Source: the human T2T-CHM13v2.0 reference genome, Homo sapiens. From it: a DNA stretch of 64,000 bases. Made by a program: the position numbers and the translations under genes. Below the pieces are notes generated by a model. The model had not been told where the DNA came from. It saw only the letters and a program-made list of their open reading frames with translations, and did no database searches. Below, one piece after another: positions 1-14,040 of this stretch. The stretch is from the NCBI RefSeq assembly GCF_009914755.1, contig NC_060937.1; one strand, written 5' to 3'. The number at the start of each line of letters is the position of its first letter. Position 1 is the stretch's first letter.

Positions 1-1062
1 GGTGACCTTAGGCTGCTTAACTTTCAAGCTTCCATCTGTAAGGTGGAGATAATATAAAGAGGCCTCCTCTAATTTTCATGCAAGGCTTTGGTGAAAAAGC
101 AGTGAGATGATGAGTCTGAATCATTTTGTAAAGTTTTAAGATTTATTTAGATGAGAGTGATTATAATTTACTTAGCACTATGTGAGACTCTGGGTAAAGC
201 AAAAGACCTTTGAGACATTTCATGATGTCTAAGATCTTTTTTTTTTAAGCTTTTTATTATGGAAAATTTTAAACACACGAAACTACAGAAAATAGTACTG
301 TGAACCCTATGTACACATCACCCAAGTTCAATATAATCATGATGTCTAAGATCTTATAGGGAAAACAAAATATACACAATTGATTTAGGAAGGCAGCAGT
401 GCAGGACAGAATGAGATCGAGAGGCAAAATAGATGACATAGATAAATTCCTATGTGATGTCACAGTGCGAGGCTCATTGTTGGTTGGCATCCCTGGGAAA
501 GGCACAGGAGCTGAGCTGGGCCTGTGAATGAATAGAATCTGGACAGGGATGAGGCAAGGAGACAGGAGTGATCTCTCCACCCTGGGCCCAGGTGAGCCTG
601 GACTTGCTGGGGCTGAGGCAGTCTGTTGTCTGGTATGCAACTGTGAACTCAGGAGCAAGTGCACACATTGCTTATCACTTACCAGAAGCATTGAGCAGGT
701 CCTCTATCTATGATAGCAATCAGTTTTGTTCCTTCATCCATCAATCAAGTAGTAATTGAGCCTACACTGAGCTAGGTACTTGAGGAATTTGAGGGGAAGG
801 TGGTTGAGTCTATAATCAGTTACTTTACAATCTAACACCTTCACTACCATTCATTAATTCATCACTCCAAAAAAAAAAAAAAAAAGAAAAAAAGACTAGG
901 GAGGCAGAGGATACAGAGATATAAGCAGAAAACTAGGATCTTACAGGGAAATATATCTGCTTCTGCTTCAGTCTGTTGTGAAGTTACATAGCATGTATCC
1001 TCTGGAAAACTCTCTACCCTCTTAAAAGGGTGAATGGGAGAAAGGAAAATAATATCTTATCA

Positions 1063-1288
1063 TAGTCATGCACCCATAACAATGTTTCAGTCAACATCAG
1101 ACTGCGCACACAACAGTGGTCCCATAAGATTAGAATAAGATTATAACACTGTATTTTTACTATACCTTTTCTGATATGTTTAAATACACAACTACCATTG
1201 TTATAATTGTCTATGGGGTTCAGTACAGTAACACTCTGTACAGATTTGTAGCCTAGGAGCATTAGGCTGTCCCACACAGCCTAGGTAG
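1063..1288 (+). mobile_element. Tigger3-family DNA transposon fragment
   Basis: agtcatgcacccataacaatgtttcagtcaac...gtggtcccataagatta resembles the Tigger3/Golem terminus. Confidence 0.65.
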
Positions 1289-3744
1289 GGAACCTGCAGA
1301 ATATGTTTGGAAAGCCACTGATACAGGAGAAAAAAAGCCATTAGTTTGCAATGAGAAAACCCAAATTTGGATCCCCTCTGGTTTTAAGCAAGTCATTTAA
1401 TTGGAGTTTTTTTTCTCCCATAAAATGGGGATTAACAGTGTACCCTTCAAGAGATGATCATGAGAAATATAAATGAGAATTGCTACCCTTATATAGTAAA
1501 TATAAAGTAAATACTATATAGTAAATATAGTATTGTCTAACAGCTGGCAATTATAGAGAAGAATGTTCTACAGCCATCCTTAATGCCCAGAGTTCTTCAT
1601 TAAAAATCTCTGCTGTAGCTGAAACCTCCAACCACTCTTGTTTGGTGCTAACAGAAATGAAAACCAGTTTAATATCATCTTTATATTTAGTTTAAAAATC
1701 TGTACATTGCTTGCCACTTTGCACATAGGTCTCTGTTAATATGGAACCAGTTCATCACCCAAGATAGGGGTCCTGCAGAGCAAGAATGTTTCCCAGAATG
1801 GCTGATAATGGTCTCCTCAGTGAAAATTGAATGACCTCTTGACTGTGGATGGTGACAATGAAGTCAAGTGCCAAGGGTGCTGAGTAATGGGTGTGCAATG
1901 TCATATTGCCTTAAAAGTACACATTGGGATTCACAGAACAAGGACAAAAGAGAGACTTCCACTGTGTCCTTTCTCTGTGGGAAGAAGGGTGGTCATATGA
2001 AATCTGGGACTTTTTTCACAGGTGTTGTGTTGACAAGGAATCAGTTCTTTGCACAGAGGTCTATGTTAATACGGAATCAGTTTCTCACCCAAGACAACAG
2101 AAGGACCTGCCACAGTGTCACTAGTGTCATTTCTGTCCAGGGAATTCAGTCATGCAAGCCCTGGAAACCTGACACCTCAGCTGTGCTGGCAAAAATGGGG
2201 GTGGCTGACTCCTCCTGTTTGTTCATTTTGCTCTTTTCCAAATTGCAGTTTTGCCAGCATGCTGCTCTTTGGTGGAACTGAGGCTATAAGCCAATGTCCT
2301 AGCTACAAAGAAGGGTGGGAATTTGAGTTTCGATTCTTGGGAATTTCCCAAAATACTGAAAGGCTAGTTGAAAGAAATATGGCAGGCACCCACTTCACTT
2401 GACCTACGGCATGATTTGTAGCTGCTGTAATTGGGGCAGTGAGCGGGGGTGCCTCTTTCAAAGATAGTTCTGCTAGGATTTCTACCCTTTTTCAATTTCC
2501 CACTTTTTTCCCCTATGATCTTCCTCTCTTTTTCTGGCATCTCTGCAGTCAACATAAGTTCAAGTGTTTAACAGTTAAAAATGAATCCATCTGTAAACAT
2601 AAACTATATACCAATAGCTATCATCTCAAATGCTTACAGGGCCAGTGAAGTAATGTAATTGAGCTACCTGTTGGCAGATAAGATGGTAGGAAGGGTGTTG
2701 CTTGGTAAACTGGATAGTGCCTGAGGGCAATCAAGTTCAATATAATAAGAAACAAAACACATTGTGCAAGCCAAACAAAACAGATCTGTGGGCTAGACAC
2801 ATTTTTCATTATTCAATTAGCTTGGCACAGGTTTAGAGCTTTACAAATTTCTTTTGGGTTCTTCTTTATTTCCATCTCTTATGGACTTCTCATCTTGGCC
2901 TTGCTCTTGTGGTCACTGTTCTCGTCCTGATCAGCTGACACTATTTGTACCACGAGGCCCAAACAACTTTTTGTTTTGGGTCCTAAATCCTAAGATTAGG
3001 CAGGATCTTTCTTAGTTTGGGTTTCAGATGCACGCCTCTGGGATTCGGATAAAAATTGTTATCATGCAGATAGATTAGTGCCCCTGGGCACTATTTGGGG
3101 CACAGAAAGTCCCTAACTAGCAACTTCTTCTTGTAACCCAAGCTAAACTTCTGTATCTCCCTCTTGTCTTACCCACTGTTTCCTAGAGCTTCTAGGATTC
3201 TAGAAGCTTCTTCACAGTTTCACTTTTTATCACTCAACAGTCTGGTTGGCTGAGACCTCCAAACTTCCCATCCAGCTCAGGAAAGCCCAAGATGAAGACC
3301 TTTTGGTTTTACTGTCTTTCAGTGAGTGATATGAAAGCCTCTACTCTCTGAGATTTCATTTACTCCATCTCCTAAAAAGTTGTACATACCCTGAAACATT
3401 AGTGATTTGGAGGGAGAATTTTTTGTTCGTTTTGCAACATTGTAGAGTCATTTCTATGGTTTAATTTCTGCTTGTGAAGGCCCTGTCTTCCCCAGTCTTA
3501 AGTATGCCTTTAGTTTGCAGAAAGATGCACTGAGTTCAGGTTAAAAGCAGCTTTAATCAAGAAGTTTATCTGGTTGTTTTCAAGATCTTGTACAGATTTT
3601 TCTTGAAGAGATGAAATAGAGCTTAGCGATTATCTAAGGAAGCAGCTTTCTTTCACAGTTAATGAGTCAAGGTAGAACTGTTAAGCTCTCTGTGTAAGTT
3701 TAATAGGTAAAAAGTGGGGGAAAACCCCACATTTACAGGTGTCC

Positions 3745-3920
3745 ACAATGCAACAGACACTATGTAGGTCTTCACAGATGTCAGCACATTTCATCCTCAC
3801 GAGGAACTCACAAGGAAGGAATTATTATTCCCATTTTACAGATGAAGAAAATATACTCTATAACTTGGTCTAGGCCTTATACTTAATAAATGCACAAGCT
3901 AAGACTCAAATCTACATCTG
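3745..3920 (-). mobile_element. MIR SINE
   Basis: attattattcccattttacagatgaagaaa core motif. Confidence 0.65.
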
Positions 3921-4239
3921 ATTTGTTTTCTTCTGTACTTCCATTTTTTGTTAGAATCTGGACCTTATGAACCCTAATCTAGTGTTCTTTTCATGACATC
4001 AGAAGAGTTTAGTTAGCTTTTTCATTGTTTCATTTTGTAGTTCATACTTTTTGGGTTTTAAGGATTAAGAGTGTTTACTCGTAAAGAACTTTGAGATGCA
4101 TATGGAAATTACTGCTATCTGATATTACTTATACGTGGGAAGCAGGAATAGAAACAGGAGATAGGAAACTGAAAATAACAAAACCTCCACCCCAAGGGCT
4201 AAGCATTGTCATAATAAGTAATGAACAACTGAGACATTT

Positions 4240-5165
4240 AGCTGCCTCCTTGGCCTCTCAATTTGGATGTCTCCGATGGGCATCCCTAACCTTACACCGT
4301 CACACTAGGACTCTGGGTTGCACTCGCTCACCCCCCACCTTTCCTTATCCCAGTAAATGGTCCTACCATCTATCCAGATACACAGCTTAAAAACTTAGGA
4401 GTCTCTTTCCATTATCCTGCCTTTGCAAAAGACTCACCAGCATTCTAATAAGTCTACCTAATAATCTATCCTAATTTTACCTGCAAAATATACTTTTTGA
4501 CCTAATCTGCCTACTTCTCTTTCTCCACTGCCATCTCTGTACTCTAAGCCACTAGGACTCCTGCCTGAATTACCACAAGACCTTCCCCACTGCCCTCAAG
4601 GGGCTCCCATCCTTACCTGTGTACCTCTGAGCCTAAGACCCTCAGAGACCCCGCACTGCACTGAGAATACCATCCAAACTCCTTACTTTGGCTGCAGGCC
4701 CTCAGAGATGTGGCTCTGCTGACCTCTCCTTCCCCCTCTCTTCTCACTCCCTTCCTTTCTTACTACACTTGAGCTGGACTGGCTGCTTTCTGCTCCTTCA
4801 ACCCCGTAAGCTGGTTACTTCATCAGGGCCTTGGGACTTGCTGTTCCCACTGCCAGGAACACGCCACTCTCTACTGATATTACCATGGCTGGCTTCTTCT
4901 TATTTGGTGTCCATGTAAATGCCCTCTCCCCAGTCAGCCTTCCTCACCCTGCCTGAGTCACTCTGTAGCGGATTTCTCTGATTTGTTTTTTTCCTTTAGC
5001 AGTTGCCACTGTATGAGATTATCTTGTTTGGTCTATTTATTTGCTTGTCATCTCTCTGTTTACGTGAATGTGAGCTCCATAAAAGCAGATACTTTTCCTA
5101 AGACAGTGCATGGCACATAGTATTTAAATATTAAGCATGAAATAAAGATTTCTGGAATAAATGAA
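4240..5165 (+). mobile_element. L2 LINE 3' fragment
   Basis: C/T-rich degenerate L2 motifs ending gaatgtgagctccat...cagtgcatggcacatag...gaataaatgaa. Confidence 0.6.
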
Positions 5166-5494
5166 GAAGCAAATGCAGAGGCCTTTGGGAACACATACAA
5201 CATAAAAAGAAGAGGAGAGAACAATTATGACTACCTAGTAGACTTCCTTATTACCTTAGTTATCTTGGCAAGGGCAAGAAATTGCCCAAATATAGATCAT
5301 TTGGGGGCTAACAATTCTGACAAAGTAGGGCTTTATAGAAGTTGAAGGTAAAGCTAGTTAATTTGAGGACTTTCCCTAGACAGAGCCCTTTCTCTAATAT
5401 CCTAGTTAATAATAATCATCCATCTTTACATGCTAACAGTGCATCAGGGAGGACTATGTCATGGTGGTGGTAGTAAATAATAATGATAAAAAAT

Positions 5495-5760
5495 AACACA
5501 ATCAAATACTTACATGGTGCTTACTGTGCTCCAGGCACTATCCTAAGTGCTTTATACAGATGAGCTCACTTACTCCTCACAGTCACCCTATGAGTTTGTG
5601 CTATTATTATCACTGTTTGCTGATGAGAAAGTGGAAGCACAGAGAAGTTAGGCAAGTTGCCAAATGTCACACAGTAAGTGCTGAAACTAGAATTTTGAGC
5701 CACAGCCTGGCTCTGTAGTCTGTATTTTTCTATGCTCTGTAGCCTCAGCACACTTTCGCC
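5495..5760 (-). mobile_element. MIR SINE
   Basis: cttactgtgctccaggcactatcctaagtgcttta...gatgagaaagtggaagcacagagaagttaggcaagttgcc. Confidence 0.75.
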
Positions 5761-7015
5761 ATCAGGTATGCAGGCTTGGGGATCAAACTTCCTCACTTCA
5801 GAAAAGTTGCTGCTTGAAGAGTTGCTGCTTCATTGCTGCTCAAGGCTGGCTCTTAGATCCGGAGCCTGGAATTCATGCAGTGTCCTACCTATGAAATCTT
5901 TCTGTGGGGACAGGCCTCCTTTTATCTGTGCTTGTGTTGCAGGGGCTATACGTTTCTCATTTAGAGCCATTTACATGCTATCTATGGGAAGACTGGCTAT
6001 AGAAACCATCTTTTAAGAACTTAATGCTAAGGACCAGTTATGTTTTACTGCAAGTCTTTAATGCACAATGCCAAGATCAACATTTTTTGAAATTACAATT
6101 TTCTCTGCTATTTCTTACAATGCTTATTTTCTTTCCATGGTTCCCAGCTAATTGGTGTCCCGTACCTGTGCTGATGTTGAATGTTTTTCCTCCAAATTAA
6201 CCTATAGATGATTTCTGGGGTGGGGGTGAGGATGGGGCAGAAACCCTTTGAAAAGGAGTGCAAAAGTTCATGTTCATGTGACTACGTACATTTTTCAGGA
6301 AAGAGGTAATTATCCCAATACTCTGCAACACAAAAAAGATTCTGAATCACTGAGCCTGGGTGTACAAACACTATGTCTTGTGTGTATGTGTCTGTGTATA
6401 TGTGTGTTTCCTAGTAAAACCAGTTTCATATCTTCATAGTTCTATTTCTTCTGGATAGTACTTTTCTAGAGAATATGGCAGTAATTTCTAATTTTAAAAG
6501 ACATAAGAAACAAAAGTCACAGTAAAAATCTAATCAGCCAAATAGTTTATAAGAAAATGCAGGAAAAAGATAAAGAATGAGCTCCTTGATACATTGTATA
6601 TTCTGGTTCAAACATAGTACATGCACAGATACATACAGCACAAAACACACTAACTTTAATATCCTGTGGAGAAGTTAATTTGCTGGATTACACATATGCA
6701 TGTTAAATGGGAGCATTTATTAGAATAAGTCAGACCAAAAGAACACTTTCGCACGGAATATTTATATAATGGAAACAGGGATTTCTGAAAAATTGCTTCA
6801 GTTTTCCAGGTGGCTTTACAAGGGCAGGATGGATGTAGAGTAACTGGGAGAGAGACTCTCCTTTTAGCAACATTCTGGGCATGAAAGGCAGTTGTGGATC
6901 CAGCCAAATAAGCTGCAAACTTCCCGATGATATATTCACCGCTTTTCTACATTTTGTGATAGTAATAAGGAAGGTGTTAGCTCTAGCCTGCTAAATGTTT
7001 GAATCTGATGCATTT

Positions 7016-7530
7016 TGTAATCAGCAGAATAATGGTCCCCAAAGATGCCTACGCCTAACTCCTGGATGCTGTGAATATGTTGTGTTATATGGCAAGGATA
7101 AACTAAAGTTGCAGATGGGAATTAAAGATGTCAATCAGCTGAGCTGGAAATAATTAGAGTGCCCTGGATTATCCAGGTGGGCCCAATGTAATCACAGATT
7201 TCCTTAAAAGTGGAAGAGGGAGGAAGGTGTGTTGGGTCAAAGTGATTCAATAAGAGCAGGATTCAATCTGTACTGGCTACCTTGGAAGATAACAGGAAAA
7301 GGACCGTGGGCCAAGGAGTGTAGGTGGTTTCTAGAAGCTGGAGGGGCCAGTGACGTATTTTTTCCCTAGTGCCTCCAGAAAGAACGCAGCCCTACTGACA
7401 CCTTGGTTTTGGCCTGGTGAGACCAACTTTGGACTTTTCACTTCCAAAACTGTAAGTAATAAATTTGTGTTGTTTTAAGCCAACAGCAGAGGTGTCATTT
7501 CAGTTTGTAGTCATTGCTACAGCAGCACTA
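7016..7530 (+). mobile_element. MaLR solo LTR (MLT1D-like)
   Basis: tgt...cagaataatggtccccaaagatg, ctggattatccaggtgggcccaatgtaatcaca, aataaatttgtgttgttttaagcca. Confidence 0.8.
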
Positions 7531-8660
7531 AGGAGCTGGCACACATTGCCGGGACTCGCTCTGGCGCTTGGGCGGCACTGTAGGTGTCCACGTTCTTGGA
7601 GGTAGTCAGCAAAGGGGGGCTCTCTCGGCTGGGCTGGCCACGTCTGCTTACACAGAGTGCTACCCTCTTCCCACTGCGGTAACAGCCTTGCCTTAGCCCC
7701 TGTGTGTTTGGAGTGGCATTCGCTACAAAAGTTCTTTGTCAAAGGGACAAACGATGAGCTATGATGCCATTCAGACTGATGTGTTAACTTCTAAGCTTTC
7801 CTATGATTAAGATAATTGTTCTATGATATGAGGAGCGGCATTGCATGCAGTATATTTCTTTATGTGCTGTTAAAATGCAGTTCACGGCTGTAGACAGGTG
7901 GGGTGAAATTAGCACCAGACTGGGAGACAGAAGCCCTGATTTCTTTCCTTGGCCTGTCCACATACAAGCTATGGGTGTAATGAACTTTTGTTTTCCCATA
8001 AACATTTTAAAATCACTTAGTCATGCTCCTCAAAAAATTTTAACTTTTGGATTAAAACTGTTGAAACTGTAGATAATCTGGTGGAAAACGAACACCTTAG
8101 TTCTACAGTTAACAAAGGTAAGTTATCTCAATAACTTGAACATGTTATATTTTTATCTACTTAGGTCTTGTCTGTCCTATAATAGTTCTAGGGTTTTTTT
8201 TTTTTCCTATAAAGTTCCTGGTAATTCTTATCTGATTTTTCTTTTTCTCCTTAATATAGTGCATTATTCTGAATTGTTAGGTAAAAGTTGGTCTGCTTGT
8301 TGTCAGTATCTTATAGAGTTTGTGCTTCTCATATGCCTAGAAATTTTTTCTTGTGACTTTATATCCCCTTCAGGGGATATAAGATGCCGTGATTAATATC
8401 GTACACCAGGAGAAGGGGTTACAGCCTGTGCGCCACCTGGTGATCTTGATTAGGAAGAAGGGGAAGGTGGACCTTAGGGCAGATGGCCTCTAGCATTGAA
8501 ATGTGGGCTCCCAGATCCTCCATCTGTCCACATCTTGCTGGACACCTCCATACTCATCTGCCTGGGCCACTTCTCTGACTCCCAATCCCCTAACCCTTGG
8601 GCGGGGAGGAGAAAGAGCTCAGAAGCCAGCAGGTTGCTCTCTTCCCTTGCTGTGTGCTCT

Positions 8661-8828
8661 CAGTGGTTGTTGGCAGCACACTGGAATCACCTGGCAGCCT
8701 TAAATACTGATAGTGAGTTGAATCCATAGAGATTCTGATTTTGTGCATTCCAGGTGAGGCCAAGTGCATCAGGCTGTTTTAAACCTCCCCAGATGATTCT
8801 AATGTGCTGCTAAGGTTGAGATCCCCAG
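8661..8828. mobile_element. MER5-family hAT DNA transposon
   Basis: cagtggtt...ggaatcacctgg...agagattctgatt...ccccagatgattctaatgtgc. Confidence 0.65.
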
Positions 8829-10029
8829 TCCCAGCCCTCTCCTGAAGCCACCCCACTGGCTGGAGAAGATACTGGGCTGACGTTGCTTTTTCTCTGCCCT
8901 GCCATGGTCACTGGGTGGGCAGGCAGGCCCCTGTCCAGGGTAGCGTGGACACTCTTCCAAGGCAGCATCTACGACTCTCAGCTGTCACTCTCAGCTCTCC
9001 TCCATCTAAAACATCTTAGTTTTACAGTTGTGCTTTTCATATGCCTAGAAATTTCTGGGCTACATTTCTTTCCCATATATGGACTTCATGACCGTCTATT
9101 TTCCCAGAGGTTTTTTGCAGTTTTTATGCTAGTTTTTGATTCACCAATCTTTTCCTTCTGTTAGGTTTAAAGAAAAAAGTCTACAGTTCCAGTTAGTCTA
9201 CTTTTGTAACAGGACCTGACAACTCCACTCTACTTCCAATCCTGAAAGACTACAGGAAAAACTAGCCCAAGCGACTGAGCTGGGGGGTCCTAGTCATCGG
9301 TAGCATGGGTATTTTGCTTTGGAATATTATCAAATAGCGGGGGGACCAGCACAGTGGACTTAGTGTCAAGTCTAGGATTTGATTCTTAGCTAACAAAACA
9401 AGTTTCCTCTCTGAGTTGTGACGATTAAATGCAATAAAATGGAAAAGTGCCCAGCAGTGATGGGCTTTCAGGAGATGCCATAGACATTAGCTGAATTTGA
9501 ACATTTTCAACTTGAATGGGACAGAAACATTAACTGGAGTTGACAGGAGGATCAGCGATGTATCTAATAAGCAGCATTACAAATAGCACAAGCTTAGGTG
9601 TTCCTCAGCTACCACACCTTAGTGCTTGCTCCTCTGTTAGGATTATCTATTAGACTTTGCTATTTACTTTTATTAGATTTTTATATTACAAGAGGGGCAC
9701 ACAATAGAGCTCATGCAATTTGGTTCATTTCAGACTTGGGCCAGCTTTAGGTGAAAGCTGCTGGAACTAATTTTTATAGCCAGGACTTCAAATAGTGACT
9801 TTGAGCCTATATCAGAACAAAATATCATTATCCCCAGCCCTGGCTCTGACATCAGTTCTTTTGAGGCTGAAAGTTGCCCTGGGGTTGTAAGATCTTACAC
9901 GACCAATAACAGAAGTCAGCAGAGACTCCTAGGCACAGAGATGTGATACCATAATTAATATTTTGATAGCATTCCAAACAGCAACAGAATAATGCCTTTG
10001 GCCAGGAAATCACAGATCCCTACCCACCC

Positions 10030-10470
10030 TGTTATGGTGGAACTGTGTCCCCTCAAATGATCCCCAGTAGCTGTGAATGTGATCTTATTTGGAAATAGAT
10101 TCTTTTGTAGATGATCAAGTTAAGGTTAAGTAAGGTCATTAGGGTGGGCCCTAATCCACTACGACTGAACTTATAAAAAGAGAAAAAATTTGGACGTGGA
10201 CATGTGTACGCTGAGATAACATTATGTGAAGATGAAGGCAGAGATTGGGAGACGGAACTATAAGTCAGGGAACACCAAATTGACTAATGTCCCCCCAGAG
10301 CTAAGAAGAGGCCATGGAACAGCCTCTCCTTCACAGGTCAGAAGGAACCAATCCTGCCAATACCTTGATTCCCAGAATTCTGACCTCCGGAACTGTGACA
10401 CAAGAAATCTGTCAGTTTAAGCCAATAAGTTTGAGGTTCTTTGTTACAGTAGCCCTAGGAAACCAGTACA
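10030..10470 (+). mobile_element. MaLR solo LTR (MLT1B/C-like)
   Basis: tgttatgg...tgtgaatgtgatcttatttggaaatag...ttgttacagtagccctaggaaaccagtaca. Confidence 0.8.
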
Positions 10471-12174
10471 CCCCCTTTTCTCTCACTCTGCCTTCCAGGA
10501 GAAGTGATACTATAGATTGCTCAAACTCAAGGGAACTCCTTCAGTTTTTCGGTTGAAACATGTGAAAAGGCTGATATGTAACCACTATGACCTTCAGAAG
10601 GGGCAGTTTCACAGGATGTAGTCAAATATATTTTCTGGTGGGTGGAGCTTTGTGTGAGACATAAATCAATCTCACTGGGTAGCTGTCTCAATTTCCACTT
10701 TCCCAGTTCAGTGTGGGTGGATGGGGAAGGTGCTCTCAACTGGGGGGGTACACAGGCTGCTTTTCTCATTGGCTTTCCCTTATGCTTCCGGGACATTCTT
10801 CATTCTGTGTGGCCAGGGAACATGTAAACTGGAGACAGAACCCAAAAGCTTTCCCTCCCTAAAAAAGGCCTAAGGTGGGATGGCCAGCAGGGCAGGTGAG
10901 GACCTTGCTACAAAAATTTTAGGACCGAGAAAAGTAAGTACTGCTCCCCCAAAAATTCAATCTCAAAATTAATATTTAACTTAAATATCTAAAATATAAC
11001 ATGTCCACTAGCCAGATCAGCTGATAGTAGGGCATATAAAGTTATGTTTAATGTGGTGTATTGTGTATAACATATGATGTGGGTGGGGTCCGCAAAAGTA
11101 AGGGTGCCAAAGGTCTGAAACAGCTCTGGGCGTTGGAGCAAATGGTCTTTCTCCTCTGGCTACTATTGTCTTGTACTTACACCTTCTTCCTGACTGCTGT
11201 GTTCTTTGACATTCCAAAATAGTAAGATTAGAGACCTAGTGTGGGTTTGGGACAGAACAGGTAGAATAAAGCAATCCCTTACCCTGCTTCATCCCTGGTT
11301 ATATGTTGATCTTAGAAAACGAAGAGTGCTCTGGACAGTGGGTGGAGAAGATTCAAGTACATCTTCGTTGCTGACAATATGCTCTCCTATCTTTTGTAAG
11401 AGTACACAATTTAAATTTCTAAAAATTCATTACAATACAAAGCAAAACAATCCCTCATAGATTTATAATCAAACTAATATGCCACTTAGAAAAGATTTGA
11501 AATAAATGCAAATACCTAGGTACAATGTTTTATCTTTTTAATGACACTTCAATAAACCTAATTACTTTTATTTTTCTGAACAAAGCAAGTGGGGAGAAAA
11601 ATGTAAAGTGTTTCTTCATACACTGCAAGTTTATGAAATTCAAGAGGTAGAAAATGCAGCAGGGTTTTGAAGAAGAGCCTTTTAAATGAATGTGAGGCTT
11701 GGCTATCCCTACACTTGGGATGCAGGTCTTCTAAATGGATGTAAGTCTTGGGTATACCTTAAAGACGATGACAGTGAAAGTCAGCAAATCCTTCCCCAGT
11801 AGGCTTTAACTCTCTTAGTTAAAAAAAAAAAATACAAAAAAACACTAGGCTGAATGGGCCATTTGTATCATGTAGTACGATGACTCTTATGTATGTACTT
11901 CTATCCTGGGATGAAAGTCCTTAATGAAGGATTTGCAGATTAGGTTAAGAGGGTTATCGTTATCTAATTACACAACAAATCCATTCATCTGGCAAATACT
12001 TAGTGAATATCTACTAAGTGCCAGGCAGAATGCTAAACAAACTTGTCCAAAACAGCCACATGATAGCAGGGGCACGATAACAGTCCCTGTTGTGCAGCTC
12101 AGTTGAGTAGGAGGCATCTATAATTCCATGTGAGGATGAGGGCAGTGCAAGGTGCTGGGGGGAGCCCTAGCATC

Positions 12175-12838
12175 TTCATCCATTCAGGCTGCTAGAACCA
12201 ACTGCCACAGCCTAGGTGGCTTGTAAACAATAGAAATTCATTGCTGGCTGGGCGCGGTGGCTCACGACTGTAATCTCAGCACTTTGGGAGGCTGAGGTGG
12301 GTGGATCATGAGGTCAAGAGATAGAGACCATCCTGGCCAACTTGGTGAAATCCTGTCTCTACTAAAAACACAAAAATTAGCTGGGGGTGATTGTGCTCCC
12401 CTGCAGTCCCAGCTACTCAGGAGGCTAGGCAGAAGAATCACTTGAACCTGAGAGGCGGAGGTTTCAGTGAGCTGAGATCATACCACTGCACTCCAGCCTG
12501 GTGACAGAGCAAGACTCCATCTTAAAAAAAAAAAAAAAAAAAATCATTGCCCACAGATCTCAAAGCTGGAATGTCCAAGATGAAAGCACCAGCAGATTCA
12601 GTGTCTAATGAGGGTCGGTTTGCCCATTTCATAAATGGCACCTGCTCACTGCATCCTCACAGGATGGAAGGGCCAAGGCAGCTCTCTAGGGCCCCTTTGA
12701 TAAGGGCTCTAATCTCATTCCTGAGAGCTCTGCCTTCATGATTTAACCACCTCTCAAAGGACTCACCTCCAAATACATAATCACATTGATGATTACATTT
12801 CTACCTGTGAATTTTGGGGAGATGCATTCAGACCATAG
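12175..12838 (-). mobile_element. MaLR LTR (MLT1A/MST-like) interrupted by an Alu
   Basis: ccattcaggctgct...ggtggcttgtaaacaatagaaattcattgct [Alu] cacag...tccaagatgaaagcaccagcagattcagtgtct...cattcagaccatag. Confidence 0.7.
12246..12543 (+). mobile_element. AluS (AluSc-like)
   Basis: Full dimer with A tail, diagnostic ggatcatgaggtcaagagat, TSD-like aat(t)cattgc on both sides. Confidence 0.92.
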
Positions 12839-12844
12839 TAAGTA

Positions 12845-14040
12845 GGGAGGGGCATTTGACTTGAATTTGAGAACTGATCAAAAAGGCTTTCTGTAGAAAG
12901 TGATAGTGAGGCCTCAAAAACAAGAAGGGCTTATTCAGACAAATGAAATAAATGCCCTGGAGGCAAGAAAGCACAGCATATAAGAGCTGAAAGTAATTTG
13001 ATATGAGGTAAGGATCCTCCAGAGAGAGGAACCTGGGGAGGTAGGGAGAAGCCACATCTCGAAGGGCCTTGCAAGCCATATGGAGAAGATTCACCTCTAC
13101 CCTGAGGGCAATAAGAAGCTACTAAATGACTTTAAGCAGAGAATGGAAATATTCAGATGACAGCCTGGCTGTTTGGTGGGTGGATTAGAGGGAAACTAGA
13201 CCAGTAAAGAGGCTGCTGCAGTAAGCAAGGTGGGAAATGAGAAACAGTGCCACTGGGGACAAAAGTGGGGGACTCCTAAGACAGTGGCAGGGAGCATCAG
13301 CAGGATTTAGTGATTGGGTGGAGGTGCAAGTAAGAAAATGAAGGTTAAGAGTTTAGCTTTGTAGAGTGGTACCTCTCTGTGGAGCTTGAGAACTTGGAGA
13401 GAAGAAAGCTTTGGTGGGAAGGGGACGATTCAGTTTTAGACATACTGATTTGGATATACATAAAGTATAGCCAAGCAGAGCTGCTTGGAAAACAGGTACC
13501 TGAATCTGACGACCCCTCACTCAGGCAGCTCTCAGGGCAAGGGATTCCAGGAAGGAGTACTGAGCTGCCTTGAAGGATGAAGAGTAGTGGGAGGGGGTGT
13601 GGCAGGAAATGCTTGGAAGCTGGGGAATGATGATGAGACTTACATGCCATGAGGAATTGCAGGTAGTACAGAGGGCTGTGGATGGAAGGCAGGGAATAAT
13701 TCGTGATGGGTTTTGCCTGTCATGTTTTATGCCTAAGGAATGAGATAGAGCTAATATAATATTTTAGACAGGCGAGAAACCTGATCATATTTGGGTTTTA
13801 GGAATTAGACTGGCACTGGCATGAGTGTGAACTGGAAATGGAAATAAATCAGACCAGTTAAAATAATCTAGTTTTATGCCTGTCAAAAGATCAAGTCCTA
13901 AACTAAGGCTGAACAGAGAGGGTGAGGAAGAAGGAATGAATTTTAGGGATACCGAGGTGGCAGAAATGACAGCTATAGCCATGGACTAAATGTGGGAGGT
14001 GAGGAAGATGGCAAGAATGATATTCAGAGTTCTGGCTTGG
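12845..14040 (-). mobile_element. Degenerate L2 fragments
   Basis: Purine-rich L2 motifs such as gggccttgcaagccatatgg...gagggcaataagaagcta and gattcagttttagacat. Confidence 0.5.

Larger units (their letters stand above)
7390..11560 (+). ncRNA. HTR2A-AS1: Approximate span of the antisense lncRNA HTR2A-AS1
   Basis: Position inferred from recalled genome coordinates relative to rs6313. Sequence support is limited to a + strand LTR with donor gtaagt (7452) and AATAAA hexamers near 11501 and 11551. Exons not determined. Confidence 0.35.

Noticed and set aside
269-691. 140-aa minus-strand ORF as a missing HTR2A exon
   Set aside because: No GPCR motifs, partly repeat-derived; the TM5-7 exon is outside the window.
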